A stretch of DNA of 64,000 nt from Trueperaceae bacterium (GCA_965213925.1 OZ243927.1:448001-512000), one strand, 5' to 3'. Shown: positions 49,861-60,138, counted from the first letter of the stretch. Translations and numbers: made by a program. The notes: generated by a model from the letters alone, not told the origin.

Positions 49861-50484
49861 TTACGGCAAGATGGGAGCGGTCAAGCCGTAAGGCTCCAAC
49901 CTCTTCATCACCGCTTGCAAATCCTCTTCTCTATTTACAAAGTCGAGGTGGTCGGCGTCTAGGGTGAGTTTGGGCGAGAGGTCGTAAAACTCAATCCACT
50001 CGTCGTAGAGGCGGTTGAGTTGTTCCAAGTAGCTCGCCTGAATAGTTGCCTCGTAGTCGCGTCCGCGTTGGGCGATGCGTGTTTGCAAGGTAAGGACGCT
50101 CGAGCGCAGATAAACAAGCAAATCGGGCGGCTTTAGGGTGCGGCGGATGGCGTGGTACATGGCGCGGTAACTGCTGTAGTCGCGGGCGTCCATGATGCCT
50201 TCTTCAAAGAGGTTGCGGGCGAACACAGCGGCGTCTTCGTAAATCGTACGGTCCTGAATGACGCGGCTACCCGGATTGACCTGCGCTAAGTGCTGCTCTA
50301 GGCGGCGGGATAAAAAGAAAACTTGCGAGTGAAAGGCGTAGCGCTTCATGTCTTTGTAGAAGTCTTCTAAGTATGGATTCTCGTCCACCGCTTCGTAAAC
50401 GGGCTCCAAGGCGTAACGTTTTGCCAAAAGCGCCGTGAGGCTCGACTTGCCGACGCCGATGTTGCCTGCAATAGCCAAAAACAT
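49861..50484 (-). CDS. Deoxynucleoside kinase
   Basis: GNIGVGKSS, NPYL..FY, QDRTIYED, RGR.YE. Confidence 0.9.
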   Translation of the reverse strand: MFLAIAGNIGVGKSSLTALLAKRYALEPVYEAVDENPYLEDFYKDMKRYAFHSQVFFLSRRLEQHLAQVNPGSRVIQDRTIYEDAAVFARNLFEEGIMDARDYSSYRAMYHAIRRTLKPPDLLVYLRSSVLTLQTRIAQRGRDYEATIQASYLEQLNRLYDEWIEFYDLSPKLTLDADHLDFVNREEDLQAVMKRLEPYGLTAPILP

Positions 50485-50490
50485 GTCTAA

Positions 50491-51093
50491 CTAAACCGCC
50501 TCTGCTAACCGCAAAATATCCGCCACCAACCGCTCGCGGTCGGGTTCTCGCTCGACAAAGTCGTACTCCGCCGCCTCGACGGTGTGGAGTGGCGCGCCGT
50601 AGTGCTCGAAAAGGTCGTCATACGCTCCCCCTAGGGCGCGGAGGTAGCTCGCCTGGATGTCTCTCTCGAAAGGACGACCTCTTTTAGCGATACGCTGCAA
50701 AAGCGTGTCCGGCGCGGCGCGGAGGTAGACGGTCAAGTCGGGCTGCGGGAGCTTAGGTCTGAGCTGCTGGTAAAGCTCCCTGTAGAGCGTCCACTCGTCG
50801 CCCTTTAAGTTCAGGGAGGCGAAGATGAAGTCTTTGTCGAAGAGGTAGTCGCTCACGGTGTGCTCGAAAAAGAGTGCGCCTTGTGCGAGGTCTTGGAGCT
50901 GCTTGTAGCGAGACAGGAGGAAGAAGGTTTGAACGCTAAAGGCGTAGCGCTCGGGATGTTCGTAAAAGGGCGCGAGAAAGGGGTTCTCTTCGACGACTTC
51001 TAAAACGAGCCGCGCTTGGAGCTGTTCTGCAAGCAGACGCGCTAAGCTCGTTTTGCCTACGCCGATAGGACCCTCGATCACGATATATGCCAC
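50491..51093 (-). CDS. Deoxynucleoside kinase (second paralog)
   Basis: EGPIGVGKTS, ENPFL, SDYLFDKD, RGRPFE; start moved to GTG 51093 (GGAGG RBS). Confidence 0.9.
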   Translation of the reverse strand: MAYIVIEGPIGVGKTSLARLLAEQLQARLVLEVVEENPFLAPFYEHPERYAFSVQTFFLLSRYKQLQDLAQGALFFEHTVSDYLFDKDFIFASLNLKGDEWTLYRELYQQLRPKLPQPDLTVYLRAAPDTLLQRIAKRGRPFERDIQASYLRALGGAYDDLFEHYGAPLHTVEAAEYDFVEREPDRERLVADILRLAEAV

Positions 51094-51151
51094 GCTCGAC
51101 CTCCCGCTCTCGGAAAGCGTAACATGTGCGCCTGGAGGTTTAGGCGGCGTC

Positions 51152-52141
51152 TTACGTGGTGCCCAGGAGAAGCTGCCGCACGCTCTGAGCGTGCTGCTCC
51201 ACCTCGGCTGCTCGCTCATTAAACTGCGCGGTGGCGTAGCCTCGCCCCCGCGTTCTTTCATCTCGAGCCATCTCACGGAGCATGTTGGCGCGCTCTTCAA
51301 GGATGCGTAGCGCGATCCACAGGGCTTTCTCAGTGGCGTCGGACTGGTCGGCTAGGAGCGCCTCGGCGGTGTAGGCGTGCCCGACGTGGCAGCGGTAGCG
51401 TTTCACCGCCCTGTCGTCCATTTCCCGTAAGGGACCGCCGCATTCGGGGCACCCGAGCGCCGTATGCTGACCTATCGCCTCTTCTTTAGGTATATCGCTC
51501 ATCACACGCTCGGCGATGTCCACCTCGAGCGCAATATCGTGGGGCACGAGCGGTCCTGCCGAGACCTCCTCTCTCGAGAGCTTGGTGAGTAGTTCGGGCA
51601 TCTCTGCTAAGGTTAAGCAGTGGTCCACCCCGCCTACGTCCTGCAGCGCTTGCAGCGCGTGGCGCGGCATCTCTGGAAAGGCGGCGTCGTCGGGATGCTG
51701 AACTAGGGCGAGCCCGCCGCACCGCTTGATCGCCGCTAGACCGGCGCTGCCGTCATTCTGTAGTCCCGTTAGCACGACGCCAATTACCCGAGCGCCGTAC
51801 GTCACCGCTGCCGAACGAAAGAGCGGGTCGAGCGCCGGGCGCACGCGGTTCTCGCGGGGACCCCGCACGACGCGGAGCTTTCCCTGTTTGAGGAGCAAGT
51901 GGCGGTCGGGGGGCGCGACGTAGACCTGACCGGGGCGGAAGGGCTCGCCGTCTCGGGCGTTCGTCACGGGCAGCGCACAGCGGCGACCTAGCACATCTGC
52001 TAGAAACCCCGGCGAACTAGGTGAGGTGTGCTGCACGACGCAGAGCCCGGCGCTGAAGTCGCTAGGGAGTCGGCTGAGCAGGGTTGTAAGCGCCTCGGTG
52101 CCACCCATCGACGCACCTAAAACGATGACATCGCGGTTCAT
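51152..52141 (-). CDS. Stand-alone CheB-type methylesterase with C-terminal CPECGG domain
   Basis: GASMGG, VQH, RP..D.LF.SAA, LTG..NDG, CPECGG..RYRCHVGH. Confidence 0.88.
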   Translation of the reverse strand: MNRDVIVLGASMGGTEALTTLLSRLPSDFSAGLCVVQHTSPSSPGFLADVLGRRCALPVTNARDGEPFRPGQVYVAPPDRHLLLKQGKLRVVRGPRENRVRPALDPLFRSAAVTYGARVIGVVLTGLQNDGSAGLAAIKRCGGLALVQHPDDAAFPEMPRHALQALQDVGGVDHCLTLAEMPELLTKLSREEVSAGPLVPHDIALEVDIAERVMSDIPKEEAIGQHTALGCPECGGPLREMDDRAVKRYRCHVGHAYTAEALLADQSDATEKALWIALRILEERANMLREMARDERTRGRGYATAQFNERAAEVEQHAQSVRQLLLGTT

Positions 52142-52465
52142 AGTTTATGTTACAAGGTTTGTGTAGACACAAAGGAGTCGTTCACTCTAATTATTCTATA
52201 CGCCGACCGGCGGCGTTGCCGCTATTTACTCCTAGCATGTTTACATCGCGTGCGTTGCCGCATTCCCGCTCGCCCTCACATCAATCCTCGACACCTCTTT
52301 TAGGCGACATAGCATCACATTACCTTCATGATCGAGGGTCTGTAATAGTTGCTTGCGGCTGACCTTTAAGAAACTGCTAAAATTTTCATGCTCGAGGGTG
52401 GCACAATAAGAACCGCTGCACGTGACCAACCACCTTGCACCACTTCGTCAATCCAGGAGAACACC

Positions 52466-53581
52466 ATGTATTCACCGCGCTTAATCCACCTCAGGTCTTG
52501 TCTGGTCTTATTCGCCGTTGTAGGGCTGCTGAGCGCTTGCAGCCGGGGTGAGCTGACCGGCGGACAGCTCGAGCTTCGTAACCTCACTGCCGACGTCGGC
52601 GGCGAAACGCCCCCCGGCTTCTTCGACGACTGGTTGACGATGAGCCGCGTCGCGAGCGTGCCGGGCACGGAAGAAGGGGGCAACCACCCCGAATGGCGCA
52701 ACCTCGAGGTCCGAGATACCGCGGCGCTACGCATCGCGAATCCTGATGCCGAGGAGCCGCTCTACCTCACACGCTTGACACTCGACACGGCGGCGTTCAC
52801 CCTGCCGCAGCGCCCCGAGCTTCCCCTAGAAATTGCCCCCGGCGGCTCGTTCGACCTCACGGTGCAATTCGTCGCGGCGCAGGGCGAGCGGGGGGTGCGC
52901 CTGGGCGTCCTAGAGATAGGCTCGAGTGATAGCACCGCCCAGGTTCAACTCGCGGGCGTGTTTATGGAGCAACCCGAGGGCAACAGTGAAGTCAACCTCC
53001 AGCAGATCGTGGACGCTTTCGGCTACACCACCGACATTGGTTTAGAAGGCGAAAGGCTCTCAGAAGCCCCCGACACCGCGCTCGCAGGGGACGAGGTGCG
53101 CGCTAGCTTCTGGACCAGAGCGAACCCGGACGAACCCATCTACGTGCGCCAGCTCGCCGCCTATCACGGCTGCTGCAACGAGGAGAACTTCATCGAGCTA
53201 CTAAGTCGTAGCGGCGAGAGCTTGGGGGCGTTCTTTCATGCGGCGAGCTACGGGCAGTCGGTGTTGCCCCTTATCGCCGGCGAGACGGGACCCGCCGAGA
53301 TGGTCTTGCCACCAGCGATGCAACCAGCGATGCAACCCACCGACGCCTTCGAGATCATTGTAGGCGCAGTGGGCGATACCTACAGCACAAACACAGATGG
53401 CAACTTGGGCGTGCGACTTTGGCCGGTCGTGGGCAGAGACGGTGAGGTCATCGCGGGCGCTTACATCGTCGCGGAGGATTACGTTCAGGAGGGTTGCGGC
53501 GAGGGCTTCGCCAACTGCGACTACCAGGACAACGTCTTTTTGATGACCAACGTCGAGCCCGTCACCGAGCCAGCAGAATAA
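52466..53581 (+). CDS. Lipoprotein with an Ig-like domain
   Basis: AGGAG RBS, lipobox LSAC, IAPGGSFDLTVQF, NCDYQDNVFL. Confidence 0.7.
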   Translation: MYSPRLIHLRSCLVLFAVVGLLSACSRGELTGGQLELRNLTADVGGETPPGFFDDWLTMSRVASVPGTEEGGNHPEWRNLEVRDTAALRIANPDAEEPLYLTRLTLDTAAFTLPQRPELPLEIAPGGSFDLTVQFVAAQGERGVRLGVLEIGSSDSTAQVQLAGVFMEQPEGNSEVNLQQIVDAFGYTTDIGLEGERLSEAPDTALAGDEVRASFWTRANPDEPIYVRQLAAYHGCCNEENFIELLSRSGESLGAFFHAASYGQSVLPLIAGETGPAEMVLPPAMQPAMQPTDAFEIIVGAVGDTYSTNTDGNLGVRLWPVVGRDGEVIAGAYIVAEDYVQEGCGEGFANCDYQDNVFLMTNVEPVTEPAE

Positions 53582-53608
53582 TCAGCGTCGTCAAGCTCGG
53601 ACGCTCGT

Positions 53609-54329
53609 TCAGTGGGCCTCGAGTAGCCGCGTCAGCCCCGTCACCGCGTCCTCCCTGACGGACAGGTGCGCCAGAGGGCTCAGCGGCGTCTCCTCCGGGT
53701 TGACTTCGATAACGTACGCGCCGTTTCGCGCCGCCAGACGCCCCAAACTTGCGGCGGGCTCGACGACAGCTGAGGTGCCGATCAACGAGCGCGACTTCGG
53801 CGCGCTCAAAAGCACTTATCGCGCTTTGAAAGGGTTCGGCGGGCAGCGTCTCGCCGAACCACACCACGTTAGGGCGAGCCCTCGAGCCGCACGAAGAGCA
53901 GCGCGGTGGGATGGGGAAGTCGAGCGGGAGCGCGTCTAGGTTGCCGCAGCGTTCGCAGCAGCTTTTCGTCAAGTTACCGTGGAGTTCTCTAACGTTTTCA
54001 GACCCGGCGCGTTCGTGGAGACCGTCCACGTTCTGCGTCACGAGGGTGAAAGTAGGCGTCTGCGTTTCGAGCCGCACCAAGAGGTCGTGCGCGGGGTTCG
54101 GCTCCGCGCTCATGACCTTGTGAAAACGCATGGCGTACCATTCCCAGACGATTTGGGGGTCTCGCGCGTAAGCTTGCGGCGTCGCCAAATCCTGGGCGCG
54201 GAAATTGCGCCACAGTCCACCCTGACCGCGAAAGGTCGCGATGCCGGACGCGGCGCTGACGCCTGAGCCGGTCAAAACCGCGATTTTATCGGCGCTCTGT
54301 ATACGTTCGCGTGCGTCTTGAAGGTTCAT
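53609..54329 (-). pseudogene. cobB: NAD-dependent deacylase (sirtuin) CobB with a one-base frameshift near 53784
   Basis: TGSGVSAASGI.TFRG, TQNVDGLH, HG, CxxC/CxxC, RPNVVWFGE in one frame; IGTSAVVEPAA and EVNPEET in another frame (53609-53815). Confidence 0.85.
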
Positions 54330-54413
54330 ATCACCTCGACCGGGTGTAGTTTAGCGCTCTTTACGTTCCATGTCGCCTCGAGAGTGAAACGCCGTCCCCC
54401 TTCAGCCGGAGCC

Positions 54414-55874
54414 TTAGCTGCTAGGGAGGTTCTCTCCTACGTCTGTCACTTCCACAGATTCGACCTCAACGGGTGACGCGAAGGTCGAGATGATGCGGCG
54501 CTCGTCCGCCTCCTCGACGATGAACTGATAGTCGTTGAAGTCGTACGTCTCGCCGGGTTGCGGAATGTACCCGAAGCGGCTGATCAGAAAGCCCGCGAGC
54601 GTATCGTACTCGCCATCGTCGTCGAAGACCAAGTCGAGTTCGACGCCGACATCTTCTAGGTGCGCCGAGCCTTGGATGCGGTAGTGACCCTCCTCCAAGG
54701 GGAGAATCTCCTCGTCCTCTTCGACGTCGGTCTCGTCGTAGATTTCGCCCGTGACCTCTTCGATGATGTCTTCTAAGGTCACCAAGCCCGCCGTGCCGCC
54801 AAACTCGTCTACGACGATGGCCATGTGGTTTTTACGGCTGCGCATGTCTTTTAAGAGGTTCAAGATCGAGAGCGTCTCGGGAATGTACTGCGGCGCGTTC
54901 ATGATGTCGGCAGCTCTCGTCGTGGCGAGCTGTTCGGGGTGACCCAAGTAGGCTAAGAGGTCGCGTGCGTAAACTTGCCCGCGCACGTTGTCGATCGTCT
55001 CGGCGTAGACGGGCAGGCGGCTGTAGCCGTGCTCGGTGACGAGCGCCAGGATGTCCTCCAAGGTGCTCTCTTCGTTGACCGCGACCACGTCCACGCGGGG
55101 CGTCATCACCTCGCGCACGACGGTCTCCTCTAAGTCGATGATGCCGCGGATCATCTCCTGCTCTTGCGCCTCGATGACGCCCGACTCCTCGGCGCTGCGG
55201 AGCATCAAGCGGAGTTCGTTTTCGGTAATGAGGGGACCCTCGACGGGCTCGAGCCGCAAAAGCCTCAGCACCGTGTTCGCCAAAAAGGTAAAGAAAATCC
55301 CGACCGGATAAAAGAACACCGAGAGGTAGTAAACCGGGCGGATCACCCAGCGCGACATCGACACGGAATGATGCACCGCAAACGATTTGGGCGTAATCTC
55401 GCCAAAAATCAGCACTAACAACGTCATCAGTCCAGTTGCGTAAGCAATAGCTAGAGATTCAGCAGTGCCGAGTGAGGCGGCGAGCTTGAGGGCGATTTGC
55501 GTCACCAGCGCAGTCGCAGCGATGTTGACCAAGTTGTTGGCGATGAGAAGCGTGGTGATAAAGCGAGGTCTGTCGCGCTCTAAGAGCGCAAAAACGCCGC
55601 TGGGGTCCTCGCCGTCCTCGCGAATCTGGCGAATTTTCCACTGCCCCACCGCCGTGAGCGCCGTCTCCGAACCCGACATCAGCCCGGAAAGCGCTAACAG
55701 CACCACGAGCAGCCCGACCTGTTGACCCGACACGGCACCGAGAAAACCGAGACCTAAAACGCTCAGAAACGCAGTTCCTTGAGCGAGGGCGCTAGGCAGC
55801 AGGAGAAAGAGGGTGAGGAGGAACGTATAACGACGCGATCGCGTAGGCGGATCGTCTAAAGGAAGATCACTCAT
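54414..55874 (-). CDS. Hemolysin/CNNM family protein (DUF21-CBS-CorC)
   Basis: SGSETA, FGEITPK, VREVMTPR, YSRLPV, VDEFGGTAGLVTLEDI.EE..GEI.DE; start ATG 55874. Confidence 0.9.
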   Translation of the reverse strand: MSDLPLDDPPTRSRRYTFLLTLFLLLPSALAQGTAFLSVLGLGFLGAVSGQQVGLLVVLLALSGLMSGSETALTAVGQWKIRQIREDGEDPSGVFALLERDRPRFITTLLIANNLVNIAATALVTQIALKLAASLGTAESLAIAYATGLMTLLVLIFGEITPKSFAVHHSVSMSRWVIRPVYYLSVFFYPVGIFFTFLANTVLRLLRLEPVEGPLITENELRLMLRSAEESGVIEAQEQEMIRGIIDLEETVVREVMTPRVDVVAVNEESTLEDILALVTEHGYSRLPVYAETIDNVRGQVYARDLLAYLGHPEQLATTRAADIMNAPQYIPETLSILNLLKDMRSRKNHMAIVVDEFGGTAGLVTLEDIIEEVTGEIYDETDVEEDEEILPLEEGHYRIQGSAHLEDVGVELDLVFDDDGEYDTLAGFLISRFGYIPQPGETYDFNDYQFIVEEADERRIISTFASPVEVESVEVTDVGENLPSS

Positions 55875-56168
55875 TCTTAGTTGCGAGTTTAGCACAGCTT
55901 GGGGGTGGGTTGGGTATCTAATTACGTTTCTCGAGCCGCCCGAACGCTTTTGTCCGTGTCGTACAGCTGCTATGCTCATAACAAGCAGTAACTCGAGCAT
56001 GAAGCGCACCATAGGGGACAGTTAGCGCAGTATTTGCGGCAGAACGACCTCACACCGCCCAAATTTTGAGCTTGGTTTAGAGGCGTTGTGGCGGCTTAGA
56101 AAGCGAAATAAACCACAAGGGGTTCCGTACAATGTGTTTTCGTGGCAGTTTAGTGTAAACTAGTCGCT

Positions 56169-57002
56169 GTGAACCCCGCATTACCCCGCTTAATGACCTC
56201 GACCCGACACGTCCGCAAAGCTTGGCATACGCTCACCAAACCGCTCTACTGGTTTTACGAGCGCTCTCTCCTAAGAGCGATTAGCGGCGCGGCGCTGCCC
56301 CGACACATCGGCATCATCATGGACGGCAACCGCCGCTTCGCCCGGACGGTCGGCCTAGACGTCAAAACAGGCCACAACTACGGCGCGGGCAAGGCGCGCG
56401 AGGTGCTCGACTGGTGCTTGGATTTGGGCATCAAGCACGTCACCATCTGGGGCTTCAGCACCGAGAACCACTCCCGCAAGCCCGAAGAGGTCGCGCATCT
56501 GCACAGCCTCTTCGCGCAGCAAGCCAAGGACCTGATCGGCGACACGCGCCTCCACGACAACCGCGTGCGCGTGCGCGTTATAGGCGATATCGACAACTTC
56601 CCCGACGATACGAAAGAGGCTTTGCGGCGCATGGAAGAAGCCACCGAAGCCTACAGCGGGATGCATCTGAACGTGGCGCTCGGCTACGGCGGACGCGAGG
56701 AGATTGTCTCGGCGGTGCGCAAACTGTTGCTCGAGCGCTCCGAAGAGGTCTCCACACCGGACGAACTCGCCCACCACATCAGCGCCGAAGGCATCAGCCG
56801 CCACCTCTACACCGCAGGCGTCCCCGACCCCGACTTCGTCATTCGCACCTCGGGTGAGGTGCGGCTTTCGGGCTTTTTGCTCTGGCAGACCGCCTACAGC
56901 GAATTCTACTTCTGCGACGCCTTCTGGCCCAGCTTCCGCAAGGTGGACTTCTTGCGGGCGGTGCGCTCCTTTCAAGCGCGCGAGCGGCGCTTCGGCAAAT
57001 AA
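56169..57002 (+). CDS. uppS: cis-isoprenyl diphosphate synthase (UppS family)
   Basis: HIGIIMDGNRR, FSTEN, YGGREEI, IRTSGE.RLSGFLLWQ..YSE. Confidence 0.9.
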   Translation: MNPALPRLMTSTRHVRKAWHTLTKPLYWFYERSLLRAISGAALPRHIGIIMDGNRRFARTVGLDVKTGHNYGAGKAREVLDWCLDLGIKHVTIWGFSTENHSRKPEEVAHLHSLFAQQAKDLIGDTRLHDNRVRVRVIGDIDNFPDDTKEALRRMEEATEAYSGMHLNVALGYGGREEIVSAVRKLLLERSEEVSTPDELAHHISAEGISRHLYTAGVPDPDFVIRTSGEVRLSGFLLWQTAYSEFYFCDAFWPSFRKVDFLRAVRSFQARERRFGK

Positions 57003-57032
57003 CCAGCAAACTAAAAAATTATCGGGTAAGGT

Positions 57033-57542
57033 ATGGGGATGAAATACGCCAAAATCGTCTCTTTTGAAGAACTCAACGAAATCCGCGACTCGCTCGGTAA
57101 GATTGTGTGTACCTCGGGCGGTTACGACCCGATTCACCCCGGACACGCGACCTGCCTCATCGAGTCGAAGAGGTACGGCGACACGCTTGTCGCGATCGTC
57201 AACGGCGATTCGTTTTTACGGGCGAAGAAGGGCAAGCCTTTTATGGATTTGGATACGCGCTGCGGCATCGTCGCCTGCATCCGCGAGGTGGATTACGTTG
57301 TGCCGTTCGAGATCGAAGGCGACTCGACGGTCTGCGAAGCCCTGCGCCAACTTCGTCCGCACGTCTTTACTAAGGGCGGCGACCGCACCGACTACACGAA
57401 CATCCCCGAGTGGGACGTGTGCCAAGACCTAGACATCGAGTTGGTGCCGCAAGTCGGGCGGGATAAGATTTGGAGCAGTTCGGACTTTTTGGCGGAGTGG
57501 GGCGCGTTTGCGGTGGAGCGCTCGAAGGTTGAGGGGGAGTAG
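57033..57542 (+). CDS. Cytidylyltransferase-like nucleotidyltransferase
   Basis: SGGYDPIHPGH (HxGH), KKGKPFM, KGGDR, SSS. Confidence 0.85.
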   Translation: MGMKYAKIVSFEELNEIRDSLGKIVCTSGGYDPIHPGHATCLIESKRYGDTLVAIVNGDSFLRAKKGKPFMDLDTRCGIVACIREVDYVVPFEIEGDSTVCEALRQLRPHVFTKGGDRTDYTNIPEWDVCQDLDIELVPQVGRDKIWSSSDFLAEWGAFAVERSKVEGE

Positions 57543-57565
57543 GGGCTCGAGAAAAACTAGGTTGC

Positions 57566-57928
57566 ATGGCTTTATCAAACAAATCATCACGAAAAATTGT
57601 CGTAAATGATTCAGCCTATCATTGGGCACTATCTCAAGACTCCGGCTACTATGTTTTAGTAGTTCAGAATGAATCGGGACAAGGTAAAAAGCTCGAAATT
57701 GTTATATCTTGGAATGAGCAAAAAATAAGAGAAAGCGATTTGACAATCGGATCGAATAGTAAAGATCAAGCTATCATCACACCTGCGATAGTTGCTGAGC
57801 TTATCTCTTTGGCGCGTCGTTATGGATGGAATCCTTACGAGAAAGGTGCACCCGCAGAAATGTCTCTCAACAATGGTAATCTCGAAATTCGTAGAGGTTT
57901 AGAGGTCGCTAGCCAGCAACCTAATTAG
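57566..57928 (+). CDS. AT-rich hypothetical protein, possible gene-cassette ORF
   Basis: Visibly AT-rich against the flanks; SRKIVV...Y.W and ITP.IV..LI..A...GW.P pattern; ends in PN* at the start of an attC-like site. Confidence 0.7.
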   Translation: MALSNKSSRKIVVNDSAYHWALSQDSGYYVLVVQNESGQGKKLEIVISWNEQKIRESDLTIGSNSKDQAIITPAIVAELISLARRYGWNPYEKGAPAEMSLNNGNLEIRRGLEVASQQPN

Positions 57929-58033
57929 GCGATGCAAGGGACGGCGACTCGTTCTACTGCAAATCCAGGATGGAGTTAAAGTGGTTTTCGAATATTTCGT
58001 TGAGGCGTTGCCGTCCCTGAGTTTGGGTTATTC
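57919..58033 (+). mobile_element. Degenerate attC-like integron recombination site
   Basis: ACCTAAT..ATGCAAGGGACGGCGAC ... GTTGCCGTCCCTGA..GGGTTATTC: IR with one bulged base; the core sites are imperfect. Confidence 0.45.
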
Positions 58034-58072
58034 AGCGCAAACAACTTTAGCTTCGCCAGGAGAAGGAATCTC

Positions 58073-58735
58073 TTGAAGAAAACCTACCGCATCAGTCTCT
58101 GGTCCGTCGTCGGCTTAGCGCTCCTCATAGGCGGGCTCTCCTTCTTCGCCTTTTACGCCTGGAGCCGCGTCGGGCAAATCAACCAGGCGAGTACAGAAAT
58201 CGAGCGCAACTGGCTCCCTAGCACGCAGCTCCTCGGGCAGATGGAGGTGGAGACGCTGGCGTACCGGGTCGCCGCCATGCAACACGTGCTCTCCTTGCAA
58301 GATGAGGATATGCGCAGCTACGAGGTCGAGATGGACGCGGCACTCGCTTCGCTCAGTCAGGCGAGGGAGCGCTACGAACCGCTCATCGTTTCTGAGGAAG
58401 AGAGAGGTCTGTACGAGTCTTTTGAGAACGCCTGGGCGCTCCACTTAGAGGCGAGCCAAGAAGCGCTGGCACTCTCGAGAGAGAATCAAAACCAGGAGGC
58501 TGTCGCGTTGCTCCGGCAGAGACCGCAGCGACTCTTTGACGAGGCCAATGGACTTTTATCAGACCTTGTCGTGCTAAACGTCGACACGGCTACGTCCATA
58601 TCGCAAGAGGGAGATGAGATTCTTGGGCAATTCCAGCTCGCCCTCATTATGTTACTGATTTTAGGCGGAGCGCTTCTTCTACTTATCCTCACCGATTTGT
58701 TCGGCAAGAAGTCAAACGTGGGTCATCTGCCCTGA
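58073..58735 (+). CDS. Stand-alone four-helix-bundle (4HB_MCP) sensor domain with two TMs
   Basis: TM - EI..NWLPS...Y.PLI.SEEER.LY..F...W - TM - short tail; no HAMP or signalling domain; AGGAG RBS, TTG start. Confidence 0.75.
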   Translation: MKKTYRISLWSVVGLALLIGGLSFFAFYAWSRVGQINQASTEIERNWLPSTQLLGQMEVETLAYRVAAMQHVLSLQDEDMRSYEVEMDAALASLSQARERYEPLIVSEEERGLYESFENAWALHLEASQEALALSRENQNQEAVALLRQRPQRLFDEANGLLSDLVVLNVDTATSISQEGDEILGQFQLALIMLLILGGALLLLILTDLFGKKSNVGHLP

Positions 58736-58745
58736 GTCGAACACC

Positions 58746-59939
58746 TCAAAAAGCGTTGTGCCCCGTGATCTCGCGCCCCAGCGCTAGGGTGTGAACGCTA
58801 TCGGTCCCCTCATAAGTCGAGACCGTCTCCAAGTTCAACATGTGCCGGATGCTGCCGTACTCTATCGTGATGCCGTTGCCGCCCAAAATATCCCTGGCGC
58901 TCCGCGCCGTTTGCAAGGCTGCGCGCACGTTGTCGCGTTTGGCTAGGGAGACCCGAGCGGGCGTGTCCTCGCCGCGCTCCTTGAGACGACCTAAGTGATA
59001 CGCCAAGAGGCTTCCTTTGGTGAGGTCCGCGAGCATGTCAGCGAGTTCGGCTTGGACGAGCTGTTTGCTCGAGAGAGGTACGCCGAACATCTCCCGCTCC
59101 CCTGCGTACGCCGCCGCCTCTTCGAAGCAGAAAAAGCCCGCGCCTAATGCGCCGTACGAGATGCCGAAACGCGCTTGATTGAGGCAGGACAAAGGACCAC
59201 GTAAGCCTTCAACTTCAAGTTTGTTTCCAACAGGCACGACGACCTCTTTTAAGTGAAGCTCCGCACTGATCGATGCCCGCATGGAGGCTTTCTGGCCGAT
59301 TTCGGTCGCGCGGAAGCCGGGCGTGCCGGTGTCTACGACGAAGCCCGCGACCTTACCCGTCTCCTCATCTTGCGCCCAGACGACCGCCACGTCCGCGATG
59401 AGCCCGCTCGTCGCCCATCGTTTGTGACCGTTCAAGACGTACTCGTTGCCGACGCGCTTCGCCGTCGTTTTCATGTTCGCGGGGTCGCTGCCTCCGTGGG
59501 GCTCGGTCAAGCTAAAGCAGCCCACCGCCTCGCCACTGGAGAGTCTCGGCAACCATTCTCGCCGCAACGCTTCGGAGGCGTAGCGGTAGAGGGGATAAAT
59601 CACCAAGCTCGACTGTACACTGACAAACGAGCGCATCCCCGAGTCGCCGTATTCGATCTCTCGGTTCACGAGTCCGTACGCCGTCGCGGACGCCTCTGCG
59701 CCGCCGTACTTCTTCGGCAGCGTCACGCCTAAAAGCCCACGCTCGCCGAACTGACGGGGCAGCGTTTTAGGGAAGTGCCCCTCTTGCCACCACGCGCCGA
59801 TATGCGGCAGAATCTCCTCACCGACAAACGCTCGCGCTTCGTCGCGAAGGCGCTTCTCCTCGCTCGTATAAAGAGGCTCCAAATCGTAAAAATCTTGTAG
59901 GTGGGGCGTTTCTCGGACAGGTTTCGGGGCGGTGGTCAT
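58746..59939 (-). CDS. Acyl-CoA dehydrogenase (glutaryl-CoA dehydrogenase-like)
   Basis: DSG.RSF.SVQSSL, GCFSLTEP.GGSDP, PLSCLNQAR, ILGGNGI, TYEGT. Confidence 0.9.
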   Translation of the reverse strand: MTTAPKPVRETPHLQDFYDLEPLYTSEEKRLRDEARAFVGEEILPHIGAWWQEGHFPKTLPRQFGERGLLGVTLPKKYGGAEASATAYGLVNREIEYGDSGMRSFVSVQSSLVIYPLYRYASEALRREWLPRLSSGEAVGCFSLTEPHGGSDPANMKTTAKRVGNEYVLNGHKRWATSGLIADVAVVWAQDEETGKVAGFVVDTGTPGFRATEIGQKASMRASISAELHLKEVVVPVGNKLEVEGLRGPLSCLNQARFGISYGALGAGFFCFEEAAAYAGEREMFGVPLSSKQLVQAELADMLADLTKGSLLAYHLGRLKERGEDTPARVSLAKRDNVRAALQTARSARDILGGNGITIEYGSIRHMLNLETVSTYEGTDSVHTLALGREITGHNAF

Positions 59940-60069
59940 GGGTTTACCTCATATTCATTATGACAGTAGCGTTTAGATGCATGACGGTTGGTTCAACGTG
60001 ACAATTTTGTAGTTTAGCTTAGCAGACGCGCCTCCACCGGACGCTCTTTGTACCCGCTACGAAACTAGA

Positions 60070-60117
60070 GCCAAGAAAGTCCCGTCAGAGACAACATGTA
60101 TTGTCTCTGACGGGACT
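60070..60117 (-). terminator. Intrinsic terminator
   Basis: 17-bp stem AGTCCCGTCAGAGACAA / TTGTCTCTGACGGGACT, followed on the minus strand by TTCTT. Confidence 0.75.
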
Positions 60118-60138
60118 GAAAATTCTCCGCTTTAGCGT

